Shown here: positions 1 to 8,370 of the stretch, one piece after another
Position numbering within the stretch: position 1 is the stretch's first letter
Layout: every line of letters begins with the position of its first letter
From: an uncultured virus (IMG/VR IMGVR_UViG_3300002038_000007)
Taxonomy: Duplodnaviria; Heunggongvirae; Uroviricota; Caudoviricetes
Direction: 5' to 3' (one strand)
DNA: 20,000 bases
IMG/VR virus record: IMGVR_UViG_3300002038_000007
Notes under the pieces: model-generated
Seen by the model: the letters and a program-made list of their open reading frames with translations, nothing else
Databases searched by the model: none
Told to the model about the DNA's origin: nothing
Program-made: the position numbers and the translations under genes

Positions 1-35
1 CTTTTGGAGCCGAGCTTGGCGAGCGAAGCATTGGC

Positions 36-620
36 GTGATGTTCTTTTGGTATGCCAGCTTTTTTGTTGCCGAGATGATCTTGATTGTCCTTGGTGTCTA
101 TATTGCCATTCTTTGGGTGCAGATAATATTAGGTGCGATTGCCACGATCCTTTCGATTTTTGCTCTTCTTCGAAACATCAACAAGTCGGCCCTTAGGCAA
201 GTAGAGCTCGCCGAATTGACCGCGGCGGCTGCCAATAAGATTGATCGGGACGACAAAAAAGCGAAGATTCTCCGTGACCCTCTTGCTGCCGCAAAGCAGA
301 AGAAGAAGCTTGCCGAGCTCGCCGACAAACATCAGGCGATGATGATCATGACCATCGTTGATTTTTTCCTGGCGATTTCCCATGGGGTTGCTTGCGTCTT
401 ATTGTTGGGGGATGGCCACGGCCTTTGGGTTGACGTGCTCGCCAGCTTCACGTTTTTAGCGACCGGGTTTTGGATGACCATCCTCGGCCACACCACGGGC
501 TATGGTAATCCAGGACACCATCCCGACGAGCCCAATGACCACGCTGTTCGTGCAGAGCCAAGGTCCTCTGTGACACAGCTCTTGCTAGAGGCGCGCAAAC
601 GGCGCGAGGAAGGCTTGTGA
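36..620 (+). CDS. Hypothetical multi-pass membrane protein (true start may lie upstream of the window)
   Basis: ORF with about 4 hydrophobic segments separated by a charged helical loop; start uncertain at the window edge. Confidence 0.6.
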   Translation: MMFFWYASFFVAEMILIVLGVYIAILWVQIILGAIATILSIFALLRNINKSALRQVELAELTAAAANKIDRDDKKAKILRDPLAAAKQKKKLAELADKHQAMMIMTIVDFFLAISHGVACVLLLGDGHGLWVDVLASFTFLATGFWMTILGHTTGYGNPGHHPDEPNDHAVRAEPRSSVTQLLLEARKRREEGL

Positions 621-666
621 AGCCTTAGCCAATTGACCCAGTCACCGAGCGGAGTAAAATACTGTT

Positions 667-1005
667 ATGGAAGAAAATAATGATCTCACTCTTCAGGGCC
701 TGTTCCTGGCTGTTGGCGGCATAAAAAAAGAGGTCGTTGCCTCCTTGGCTAAAATAGAGGGAACGTTGGCTGCCCATACCCTAAGCCTGGCCGGTATGAA
801 CAAGCGACTTGTCCGCATCGAAGAGCAGTTGTCGAGCGCTCACGATGAACGGCAGGCCATGCGCGATGCTATCGATGCCCTCCCTTGCTTTAGCCAGGTC
901 AAGGGGGTGGAGGATGGACAAGGCAAGTTGGCTGCCGAGATCCGGAAGACCAGCAACAAAGTCGCCGATCTAAAAAGAAGAGTTGGCGAATTGGAAAAGG
1001 CTTGA
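667..1005 (+). CDS. Hypothetical coiled-coil protein
   Basis: GGAG upstream of ATG; heptad-like charged helix; stop overlaps the next start (TGATG). Confidence 0.7.
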   Translation: MEENNDLTLQGLFLAVGGIKKEVVASLAKIEGTLAAHTLSLAGMNKRLVRIEEQLSSAHDERQAMRDAIDALPCFSQVKGVEDGQGKLAAEIRKTSNKVADLKRRVGELEKA

Positions 1006-1313
1006 TGGCTGGTGGCAAGCGGCGAAACGAAGCTTTGCGTGGTAAATCGTGCCCGACATGCAAGGCTGTTCTTGACGCGGCTGCCGCGGGCGACGGATCG
1101 GATAAGGAGCCTCAGCCAGGCGATGTAACGGTTTGTTTTAGGTGCGGCGCGGTGCTCCAATTTATGATTGGTCTTGCCCTAATACCGGCGCCTGATAATG
1201 TCTTGGTTGAGTTGGCTGGCGACGAGAGTTTCAAAAGAGCGCTATCCATTCAACAGGAGATATCAGAAGCAATTAGAAAAAAAGAAAAGGGGCCGAAGCC
1301 CCTCCTCTTCTGA
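1005..1313 (+). CDS. Zinc-ribbon hypothetical protein
   Basis: CPTC and CFRC Cys pairs; translationally coupled to the upstream ORF. Confidence 0.65.
   Translation: MAGGKRRNEALRGKSCPTCKAVLDAAAAGDGSDKEPQPGDVTVCFRCGAVLQFMIGLALIPAPDNVLVELAGDESFKRALSIQQEISEAIRKKEKGPKPLLF
1277..1303 (-). terminator. Rho-independent terminator of the parMR operon
   Basis: Minus strand reads AGGGGC-TTCG-GCCCCT (C-UUCG-G tetraloop) followed by a T-rich tract, about 25 nt after the parR stop. Confidence 0.85.
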
Positions 1314-1329
1314 CATTCATTAGACGTTC

Positions 1330-1563
1330 CTAATCTAAGGCCCCTGCCAGATCGATCTTCGCCGCCTCGACCTCTTCAGTGGCGGCGATCGGCGGCTTCC
1401 CTGCTATGAACTGCTCAACACACACAAACTGATGGGCACCAAGCGTTTGGAAGTGCTTCAGGAGCTTTGCCCAATCACGCTCGTCGATTTGGTCAAGCAA
1501 CCGGCAGACAGTTCGATCGCCGACCTCATCAAGCGTGACGGTAACTCGACGTTTCTTAGCCAT
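1330..1563 (-). CDS. parR: ParR/StbB-like centromere-binding adaptor (ribbon-helix-helix)
   Basis: KKRRVTVTLD...DRTVCRLLDQI resembles the N-terminus of plasmid R1 ParR (StbB); overlaps the parM stop; small size. Confidence 0.75.
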   Translation of the reverse strand: MAKKRRVTVTLDEVGDRTVCRLLDQIDERDWAKLLKHFQTLGAHQFVCVEQFIAGKPPIAATEEVEAAKIDLAGALD

Positions 1564-2554
1564 GGGCACCAGCCAGCATCAAGAAGCCTCGGAGATTGGC
1601 GCTGACCGGGTTCTCCATAACCACGATGGTGGGGCCGCTGATGTGGTTTTTCAGCTCAGCACCAGGGTAGATAGCGCCTCCGCCGCTTACCAATATAGTG
1701 TCGATGTTTTTCAATGACCCCAAGCACCCGGTTGCGTCGGTGACGATGTCTTTGGCGATGGTGTCAGCATGCCTTTTGGCAATGTCGCTAAGATCGACCG
1801 TCGCGCCCCACTTTTCGAAGGATGTTTCGCCGTTTCGGAACGCCTCGTCGATTTGAGAAGGAGACACCTCAAAGTCGTAAGAGGTAGCTACCTCCTTGGC
1901 AACTGCCTCACAAACGGCTCGCATCGCGGCCTCGGTTGACGTGGAGTGATCAAGGTTGACTTTCCCACGAACGATCAGCGCAATGTCCGTGGTGCCGTAG
2001 CCAATGTCGATGACAAGCAGACGTTGGCGCTTAAGATCATCGGCGTGATCTTGAAAATAGAGCGCGCCGCTGCCGAGCGGCTGATTAGCGACCAGGACGT
2101 CATCGACGGTGAATTCCTGCCCTCGGATTTCGAATGTTCCAGCGAATGCCGCCTTCAGGTATTCCTTGGCCGGTGAGTTGAACTCTCTTGTTGGCAGCCC
2201 AAGCACCATCTTGCTGATTCTCGGCTCACCAAGACGGAAGAGCGTTTCGAGGTAGAGAGCGTGATAGTCAGGGGACACCGCAAACATCGCGCCTTGGTGA
2301 CGCACATGCTCAGTTCCGTCAGGCTCAAAGCCGGCGTAATACGGCACACCCTCAACGCTCAGCGGTTCGTCTTTCTCGCCAGAGAACCCAGCATTGACCC
2401 GTTTGGCAGGGGCCGCGCCGCTAGGCATCCACAAGAGGTCACCCGCCTTCCCATCAGCCATCACCATGGCCTTGGTGCTACCATAGCCAATGTCCGCGGC
2501 GGCGGTCACGACGCTAGGGGCTGCATTCGATCTGATCTTAGTAACTGCTGCCAT
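1556..2554 (-). CDS. parM: ParM/StbA family actin-like plasmid segregation ATPase
   Basis: Actin-fold motifs ADIGYGSTK, LGLP, NQPLG, IDIGYGTTD, VSGGGA and SANLRGF; 332 aa. Confidence 0.93.
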   Translation of the reverse strand: MAAVTKIRSNAAPSVVTAAADIGYGSTKAMVMADGKAGDLLWMPSGAAPAKRVNAGFSGEKDEPLSVEGVPYYAGFEPDGTEHVRHQGAMFAVSPDYHALYLETLFRLGEPRISKMVLGLPTREFNSPAKEYLKAAFAGTFEIRGQEFTVDDVLVANQPLGSGALYFQDHADDLKRQRLLVIDIGYGTTDIALIVRGKVNLDHSTSTEAAMRAVCEAVAKEVATSYDFEVSPSQIDEAFRNGETSFEKWGATVDLSDIAKRHADTIAKDIVTDATGCLGSLKNIDTILVSGGGAIYPGAELKNHISGPTIVVMENPVSANLRGFLMLAGAHG

Positions 2555-2571
2555 CGTATATTCCTTTTTGT

Positions 2572-2672
2572 TGACGGATGATCACTTTTTGATCATTCAA
2601 TGAACCGAACATGAGCTGTATGAGAGGTCATTCAAGCGTGTGCGGCTCATTTGTTGATAATTGGTCACCTTT
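2572..2672. promoter_or_regulatory. Candidate parC centromere / par promoter region
   Basis: Directly upstream of parM; degenerate TGATCA-like units with TGA at 2579, 2590, 2601 and 2612 (11-bp period), and more copies at about 2625, 2644, 2655 and 2662. Confidence 0.45.
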
Positions 2673-2701
2673 TTAGCTTTCGCAAGGAAATAATCGGTCC
2701 A

Positions 2702-2720
2702 ACCTCAAATAAATTGAGGT
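2702..2720. promoter_or_regulatory. Palindromic operator candidate
   Basis: ACCTCAA-ATAAA-TTGAGGT perfect 7-bp inverted repeat between the divergent parM and XRE genes. Confidence 0.45.
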
Positions 2721-2799
2721 AAACAGCTTTTATTGAAGGTATATGGGGTTAAAATGCATATTCCTTGCCAAAATTGCGTTTATCTGGAATAAAGAGAGG

Positions 2800-3096
2800 A
2801 TGATTGTTACCAGAGAGATGATTGCCGCCGTCCAGCACGGCTTGGGCCACACCAACCGTAGCCTCTCCGCCCTGACGAGAGAGCGCTGTGCGGCAGGGCT
2901 GGGGCCGTTTGTTTCGGCCGAAGCAATATCTGGTTTCCTTAAAGCAGGTTATCCCGGCACTGATATAAAAGGATCGCTCCGGGATACGTTGATTGAGGCG
3001 CTGGTGGCTGAAGGGGGGCGGTTTGTTGCGCAAGACACAGTATTCGTTCCGAAAGGGGCTTTGGCCGCGGGAAGGGGCAGGAAAACCTCTAAATAA
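2800..3096 (+). CDS. XRE-family HTH transcriptional regulator
   Basis: MIVTREMIAA..LG......VSAEAISGF....TLIEALVAEGGRFV follows the pattern of small alphaproteobacterial XRE proteins (MIT..QIRAAR..LG...VS..TI..FE...ALE..GV.F); ATG 2800 chosen as start. Confidence 0.65.
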   Translation: MIVTREMIAAVQHGLGHTNRSLSALTRERCAAGLGPFVSAEAISGFLKAGYPGTDIKGSLRDTLIEALVAEGGRFVAQDTVFVPKGALAAGRGRKTSK

Positions 3097-3449
3097 TTAA
3101 GGCAAGGAGGAATTTTAAAGAGGATCGCGTAAATAAATAGAGAAAAATGTATATAGAGGCAGCTTGCAACCAATGTTATCTCGTTGAAATAAAAGAAAAC
3201 ACGGCCAATTCACTACTAGCAGTAAAATAATACGTTTTCCGACAGGTTTTTACAGTTGAAAAACGACGATGTTATGAGTTACACATGAATCATCAGACAA
3301 CAAGCTGTTGTCACTATGAAAAAAGAAGCGACGTAGGAGAGAAGCGTCAGATGCGAGGATGAGGAGCCAGGGTTTGTAACCGCCCTGGCTCCCCACCACT
3401 AAAAGGCGGCCGGGACGCCGCCTTAACACCACACGCGGAGCTATCGCGC
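3097..3449. other. AT-rich intergenic region with several inverted repeats; candidate oriT/oriV and relaxase-operon leader
   Basis: Non-coding and AT-rich 3097-3320; IRs at 3296-3312, 3363-3392 and 3403-3424; immediately upstream of the relaxase-like gene. Confidence 0.5.
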
Positions 3450-4448
3450 ATGGCCTTGGAAGGTTTCGCCGAAAAACACATCGGCGGCAAGAGTAAACGG
3501 GTTTTTGGACGACCGTTTGAAGGCGACGCCCACGCAAATGGGTTGTTGGCGCTTCATCGCCTTGGGCCGTCGTTGCCTCGGCATTTTGCCGATCACGCGG
3601 GCCTGAAGGTCAGCTCGGTCGAACGACGCATTCTCCCAGCCTATGCCAAACGAGACATCCCTCTTGTCAAGTCAGTGCCTTTGACTGGCACTGGCGTTGG
3701 CACTGGCGGTCGGCCGGTCCTTCTCTACGCTCTCACCAAATACGGCTATAATGAGTTGCTGGAATGCGCCAACGCCAATTGGCCAGAGGAAGAGCCGGAA
3801 GCCGCACTTGGCCATTTCATCAAGCCTCCTGACCATGTCCGGTGGAAGCTAACCACTGATCATGATCTTGTCACACGGGATATTTTACTAGCTGCGGATC
3901 GAGATGCTCGGCATCTAGTTGGCACCCGCTTGATCGATCAAGTGCCAGAGTTTCGCCACTGGGGAGGCAAGCCATCGCCAACGGCGATTATGACCCCCCT
4001 TGATCGTCGCATGAAGCCAGACGCCGCCAATGTGTTGCAGCGCGGAAATATTTCCTTTGCCGATGAGATAGAAATCGATCTAGGCACCGAAGCGCTGGTG
4101 ACCAACAATCCTGATCGGGTTTTTGAGACGATTGAAGGCAAGATAAGGTCCTATTGGAGCGTGCTCGCTGCTGGTCTGGTCAAGGCCAAGTACCAGGTTG
4201 AAAGCCCGATCTTTCGGGTTCTATTTGTGACGACCAGCTTAGCTCGAGCTAAGCACATCGCGGAACTTGTTGCTGATCTTGCTAGTGAGGGAGCTCTGGA
4301 AAGTCTTGTTGCTGGCAACATGGAAGTCACCCCCCACGACATCTTTTTGGCAACCACCATCGAGCAGGCCAAGGCGGCGTTTTTTGATAACCACTGGATC
4401 AAGCCTGATCTTTCAACAACAGCTCTTGCCGAAAGGGCGGTGTCATGA
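3450..4448 (+). CDS. Replication-relaxation (Replic_Relax, PF13814-like) PD-(D/E)xK relaxase
   Basis: N-terminal wHTH-like region ending YALTKYG; HDL motif; KPDA...EIEIDLGTE...KIRSY and FRVLFVTTS..RA motifs typical of this family; GGAG RBS. Confidence 0.8.
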   Translation: MALEGFAEKHIGGKSKRVFGRPFEGDAHANGLLALHRLGPSLPRHFADHAGLKVSSVERRILPAYAKRDIPLVKSVPLTGTGVGTGGRPVLLYALTKYGYNELLECANANWPEEEPEAALGHFIKPPDHVRWKLTTDHDLVTRDILLAADRDARHLVGTRLIDQVPEFRHWGGKPSPTAIMTPLDRRMKPDAANVLQRGNISFADEIEIDLGTEALVTNNPDRVFETIEGKIRSYWSVLAAGLVKAKYQVESPIFRVLFVTTSLARAKHIAELVADLASEGALESLVAGNMEVTPHDIFLATTIEQAKAAFFDNHWIKPDLSTTALAERAVS

Positions 4449-4819
4449 CCGTCGCACGGATTACTTTCAGAAGCAGGCCTAGAACACGGTTTGTCATCAA
4501 GTGGCCCTTTCTCTACGGCTTTTGGGCGACGACAACGCTCAAGCTTGATGTCCCTGATCGCTACGCCGATGAGATGTTTGTCCAAGGTCACAACAAGACC
4601 ACGCTGTGCGTTGTGAAAGCTGGATTCGGCGGCAGAATGATTCGGGTCACGCTCAAAAAACTTATGCGGAAACGAGGCCTTAAACTTTGGGCATGGAGAG
4701 AAGCCACGCTGTGGCTCGCCATTCGAGCGATCGATACTGCGCTCGATAAAAAAAAGCAGGAGCTTGACGGGCAGCGCTTCAGTGAGACGGCAACTGACAT
4801 TGGCCGAGAGATCACGTGA
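4445..4819 (+). CDS. Hypothetical basic protein in the relaxase operon
   Basis: ATGA overlap with the relaxase and GTGA/ATG overlap with the ATPase. Confidence 0.65.
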   Translation: MTVARITFRSRPRTRFVIKWPFLYGFWATTTLKLDVPDRYADEMFVQGHNKTTLCVVKAGFGGRMIRVTLKKLMRKRGLKLWAWREATLWLAIRAIDTALDKKKQELDGQRFSETATDIGREIT

Positions 4820-6762
4820 TGGCGATCAACTGGCTAAAAAAACAGTTTTTAGGAAAAGCACGGACGGTCGTTGTAGCACCAGACGTGACGTCGTCAGTCT
4901 CATTGAACGATGGTGAGTGGCCGTACAAAAAGGCCGACCTCGAAGAGATCAAGACGCGCCTTGCTTTTGTTGCCTATAAGGCCGCTTGGAAAAGACCGCC
5001 AAAGGCGGAAACGCACCAAGCACTTTTGCCGTTCGCTGATTTTCTTATTGATCGATCAGGCATGTTCGTGAAAAGCCCAAAGGGCCAGGCGGCGCTAACT
5101 GCTAGGCAATATCGATATGAGGATGGGCGTTGGATGAAAGCATCCATCCAGTTGCTTAAGTTGATCTTCTGCGAATTGCCGAAAGAGCTTGGCGTCGACC
5201 ACATGGGCATCGAAGTTCATGCTTGGGCGCTCTCAAAGAGTCCAACCAAGCTTGTTAAAAAGGTCGCTGGTTTTATGGCCGAAGAGGGCGGCCCGGCAAC
5301 TGGCGTTATGCAGACGTGGCAAGATTCGACGATTCTTCGAATGCGCGAAGTCAAGGGCGTTGAACTCCGTCACCTTCCTGACCTCAGTACAGCCTTCCCA
5401 GCTTGGCGTGATCGGCACGCAACGGATTTGATGGACGAGTCTTTTAGAGGTTCGCCATTCAAGGAACTGCTAGAGCTCTGGGTACCGATCACAATCCCTG
5501 ATGAGGCAACCCGAACTCACATCCACGGTATGGGACCAACCGGGTGCGGCAAGACCACTTTCAATGAAGCAACCATCCTTAAGCATATCGGCAAAAAAGG
5601 CATGGTCCTATTTGACACCAAAGGCGGTATGGCCGCACGACTTATTCGCCATTCAGGATCCGCAGAACACATCCTTGAAGTCAACTTTGACCATGAAGAT
5701 CAACGGCCCTTGTTTAACCTCTTGCAGCCAGCGATCGGCGGCAAGCCGAATAAGGTTGCAAAGACGCTGAAGTTTATCTTGGCCGGCTTTGGCGTCGAGC
5801 TAACTTCCCTGCAAGAGATTGTCTTGGAGCTAGCCGTTAAAATTGCCGTGACGGTTCCTAACGCGACCATCTCGACTTTGGTCAAGGTGCTGACCAATGA
5901 AGGGTATGCCCAGCGTTACGTGGTGAATTGCTCGGAAGATGACCAGGAGTGGTTCGCGTCTCAGTATGACAGCACCAGATGCCAGGCCAGGCGCGATGAG
6001 CTTTTAACCAAGCTTGGCGCGATTAAAAATGCTGAAGAAATGAACGGACTGTTCAACGGCGATCGCAACACCCTCGATATCAAAACGCTCTTGGATAGCA
6101 GAAAGCTGGTGATCTTCACCATCAACAAAGAACATTTCCAGGAATACACCCAGATCATCAGTCGCGCCGTGATCAACAGCATCAATGCAGCGATGTGGAA
6201 GCGCGACATGCCGATCGGCGATCAACCGCTCTGGATCATCTTTGTTGATGAGTTGCGTGATGTCATCGGCAGCCTTGATGATAGCTTGATTGAGCAGATT
6301 GCTGACCAGGGCCGCGAGCGTGGCGTTTGTTTGCACTTCACCCATCAGCGGCTCAAGCAAATGAGCACAGCTATCCAAGACGCTATTTTGAACAACGCTT
6401 CGGTGAACTTTTACGCCAATATCGATCCAAAGGAAGCCAAATGGCTTGCCGATCGTATGGGCTGCAAGTCAACCGACATGCTCAACATCCGCAAGGATGA
6501 CACTTACCTTTATTTTTGCCTCTCGATCAAAGGCTATGCCCACGCTAGCAAGTCTCGAATCAGATGGAATCACGTCAAAGGCCGAAAGGCGCTCAGCGAA
6601 GCTGCCATGGGCAAGCAACGCGACGCACACAAGGCTTATTGGGCATCGGTTAATGGCCGTTCTGTCCAGCTCTCCAGCGGAGAAAAAACACCTCTTCGCG
6701 TTATAGAAAATCCGGCCACGATCGAGGGCGAAAATATTATTTCCCTCCCCTGGAGCGAATAG
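4816..6762 (+). CDS. HerA/TraD/TrwB-like (type IV coupling-type) P-loop ATPase
   Basis: RTHIHGMGPTGCGKTT Walker A; LFDTKGG; IIFVDE Walker B; GRERGVCLHFTHQRLKQ arginine-finger/Q motif; no obvious N-terminal TM helix. Confidence 0.85.
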   Translation: MMAINWLKKQFLGKARTVVVAPDVTSSVSLNDGEWPYKKADLEEIKTRLAFVAYKAAWKRPPKAETHQALLPFADFLIDRSGMFVKSPKGQAALTARQYRYEDGRWMKASIQLLKLIFCELPKELGVDHMGIEVHAWALSKSPTKLVKKVAGFMAEEGGPATGVMQTWQDSTILRMREVKGVELRHLPDLSTAFPAWRDRHATDLMDESFRGSPFKELLELWVPITIPDEATRTHIHGMGPTGCGKTTFNEATILKHIGKKGMVLFDTKGGMAARLIRHSGSAEHILEVNFDHEDQRPLFNLLQPAIGGKPNKVAKTLKFILAGFGVELTSLQEIVLELAVKIAVTVPNATISTLVKVLTNEGYAQRYVVNCSEDDQEWFASQYDSTRCQARRDELLTKLGAIKNAEEMNGLFNGDRNTLDIKTLLDSRKLVIFTINKEHFQEYTQIISRAVINSINAAMWKRDMPIGDQPLWIIFVDELRDVIGSLDDSLIEQIADQGRERGVCLHFTHQRLKQMSTAIQDAILNNASVNFYANIDPKEAKWLADRMGCKSTDMLNIRKDDTYLYFCLSIKGYAHASKSRIRWNHVKGRKALSEAAMGKQRDAHKAYWASVNGRSVQLSSGEKTPLRVIENPATIEGENIISLPWSE

Positions 6763-6764
6763 CC

Positions 6765-7169
6765 ATGCGCAACGTATCCCCCTACCTCGTTGCCCTCATC
6801 GTTTATGCTGGCCTGCACAGTCTTGTTAACCCGTTGCCAGGCGCGGATTGGGTAACGGTCAGATGTCAGCATCTTGGATGCAGCCCTAATGACGTCGCCT
6901 TTTCGCGAGCGTTGCTGATCTGGTTTGGGTTCAGTCTTGTGACCGTCATCGTTTTTGGTCTTTTGCTCCTATTCAGGCATTTCTTGTTGTTCGTGTTGCT
7001 TGTGACGGTAGCTGGCGGGGTGAGCGTTTTGGTGATGGGCCTTGCAACAAGCGCTGGCGACAACCTAGCGTTTTATCGTGGCGTGAGCTGGATGCTTGGG
7101 TCGTTCTTGATGATCATGGGAGCGCCTGTGACCATGGCCGCTTCTCGCTTTGGGAGAGCGCGTCGATGA
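6765..7169 (+). CDS. Hypothetical multi-pass membrane protein
   Basis: About 4 hydrophobic helices; 2 nt after the ATPase stop; ATGA overlap with the next gene. Confidence 0.75.
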   Translation: MRNVSPYLVALIVYAGLHSLVNPLPGADWVTVRCQHLGCSPNDVAFSRALLIWFGFSLVTVIVFGLLLLFRHFLLFVLLVTVAGGVSVLVMGLATSAGDNLAFYRGVSWMLGSFLMIMGAPVTMAASRFGRARR

Positions 7170-7798
7170 TCTTCGTTACAGATGCGGTTATCAAAAACCT
7201 GATCACGATCGCTATTCTTGTGATTGCAGGGTTTGCTCTAGGCGCATTGCTTCGCCGCATGAAAAGCGCTGCCGAGAATTATTGGCTGACGCCGGGGATT
7301 GCTGAGCTGACACCGTGGATGCCAGAACCAGGCAGGCCACTGAGGCCTGATCGGTTATGCCCGCGCATGACGGCGGTGTGTGACAATGGCGAAGCCGGCA
7401 TCCGCTGGATGAGGTGTCTCAACCTTATAACAGTCGGCGCTTGGGTAGTGTTTGTTCGGCGAGCAATCGGCGTCAGTTACGATGTCGAGACGATCGTTGG
7501 CGCTGCCTTTTCGTTTAGCCTGTTGAGCACCATCACCACAGCCAGTTTTTTTGTTACGCGAGCTCTGGTTCGTAGTGAGCGGCTTATGTTCGTATCCGGC
7601 AAAGATACTGTTTCTGGCATGTATGATGACTGGCCGAGTTTGGCTACTGCTCCTTCCGACGCTGATTTCATCAATGAGTCAGAGTCAGAGATCGATCGGC
7701 CCGCAAAGCCCAATGGCGAGACTCGCGTATTCACAATCCCAGGCGAAGGTGATTTCAATTCTGATCAATGCGAGGGCGATCAATGGGCCGCGAGATAA
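7166..7798 (+). CDS. Hypothetical membrane protein with acidic C-terminal tail
   Basis: About 3 TM segments; coupled to neighbours. Confidence 0.75.
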   Translation: MIFVTDAVIKNLITIAILVIAGFALGALLRRMKSAAENYWLTPGIAELTPWMPEPGRPLRPDRLCPRMTAVCDNGEAGIRWMRCLNLITVGAWVVFVRRAIGVSYDVETIVGAAFSFSLLSTITTASFFVTRALVRSERLMFVSGKDTVSGMYDDWPSLATAPSDADFINESESEIDRPAKPNGETRVFTIPGEGDFNSDQCEGDQWAAR

Positions 7799-8370
7799 GC
7801 ATCAGTCGCGCGCGATATCTAGCGACGGAAACTGAGAAAGCGTGCGCATCAAAACTACCTCGTCCGACCGGCGAGATTGATGATATTGGCGGTCCTATCC
7901 CCTGGCAGATTAAGCACCTGCCCATGATGATCGTTGGCGGGGTTGTTGCCATCGTTTTGGTTTTAGCAACCGTGATTGGCGTCATGGTGATGAATGCCAA
8001 TAGCCAAGACGGCGCAGCATCACGCCAAGTCGACCAGTCGCTTAAGCTGGCTGAGAAGTCGCTTGAGGTGGTCGAAAAGATGGTCGAGGCCAATCGAGAA
8101 AAGGATCTTAAACAAGCGGAGCTGGATAAGGCGAGAGAGGCAGCAAGGACTCGCGCTGAACGTCGTGTTGAGAAAGAAGAGAGTGGCGGCTTTTGGGTAT
8201 GGATGCCTCTTCTCTTGGCTGCCGCGCTGTTTGTTATCGTTTCCGCGCAGTTTAACAATCTTTGGGGTGCTGGGATCGCGCTTATGATCCTTGGTTTTAT
8301 TGTGGTCATAGGGATGATCCCTGGCGCTGCCAAAGTGGTTGGGTTTGTTATGACAGGCGGCGGCGGATGA
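7783..8370 (+). CDS. Hypothetical membrane protein (TM, coiled coil, 2 TM)
   Basis: GAGGG RBS before ATG 7783; hydrophobic segments flank a charged helix; ATGA overlap with the VirD4-like gene. Confidence 0.75.
   Translation: MGREISISRARYLATETEKACASKLPRPTGEIDDIGGPIPWQIKHLPMMIVGGVVAIVLVLATVIGVMVMNANSQDGAASRQVDQSLKLAEKSLEVVEKMVEANREKDLKQAELDKAREAARTRAERRVEKEESGGFWVWMPLLLAAALFVIVSAQFNNLWGAGIALMILGFIVVIGMIPGAAKVVGFVMTGGGG

Noticed and set aside
1277..1313. Basic tail KKEKGPKPLLF of ORF 1005-1313 as a secretion signal
   Set aside because: The sequence is dictated by the overlapping opposite-strand terminator.
8262..8366. Cys/Trp-rich N-terminal extension of the VirD4-like ORF
   Set aside because: It overlaps the upstream membrane gene in another frame; ATG 8367 with an ATGA overlap is the more plausible start. 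No in-frame slippery site for a fusion was seen.
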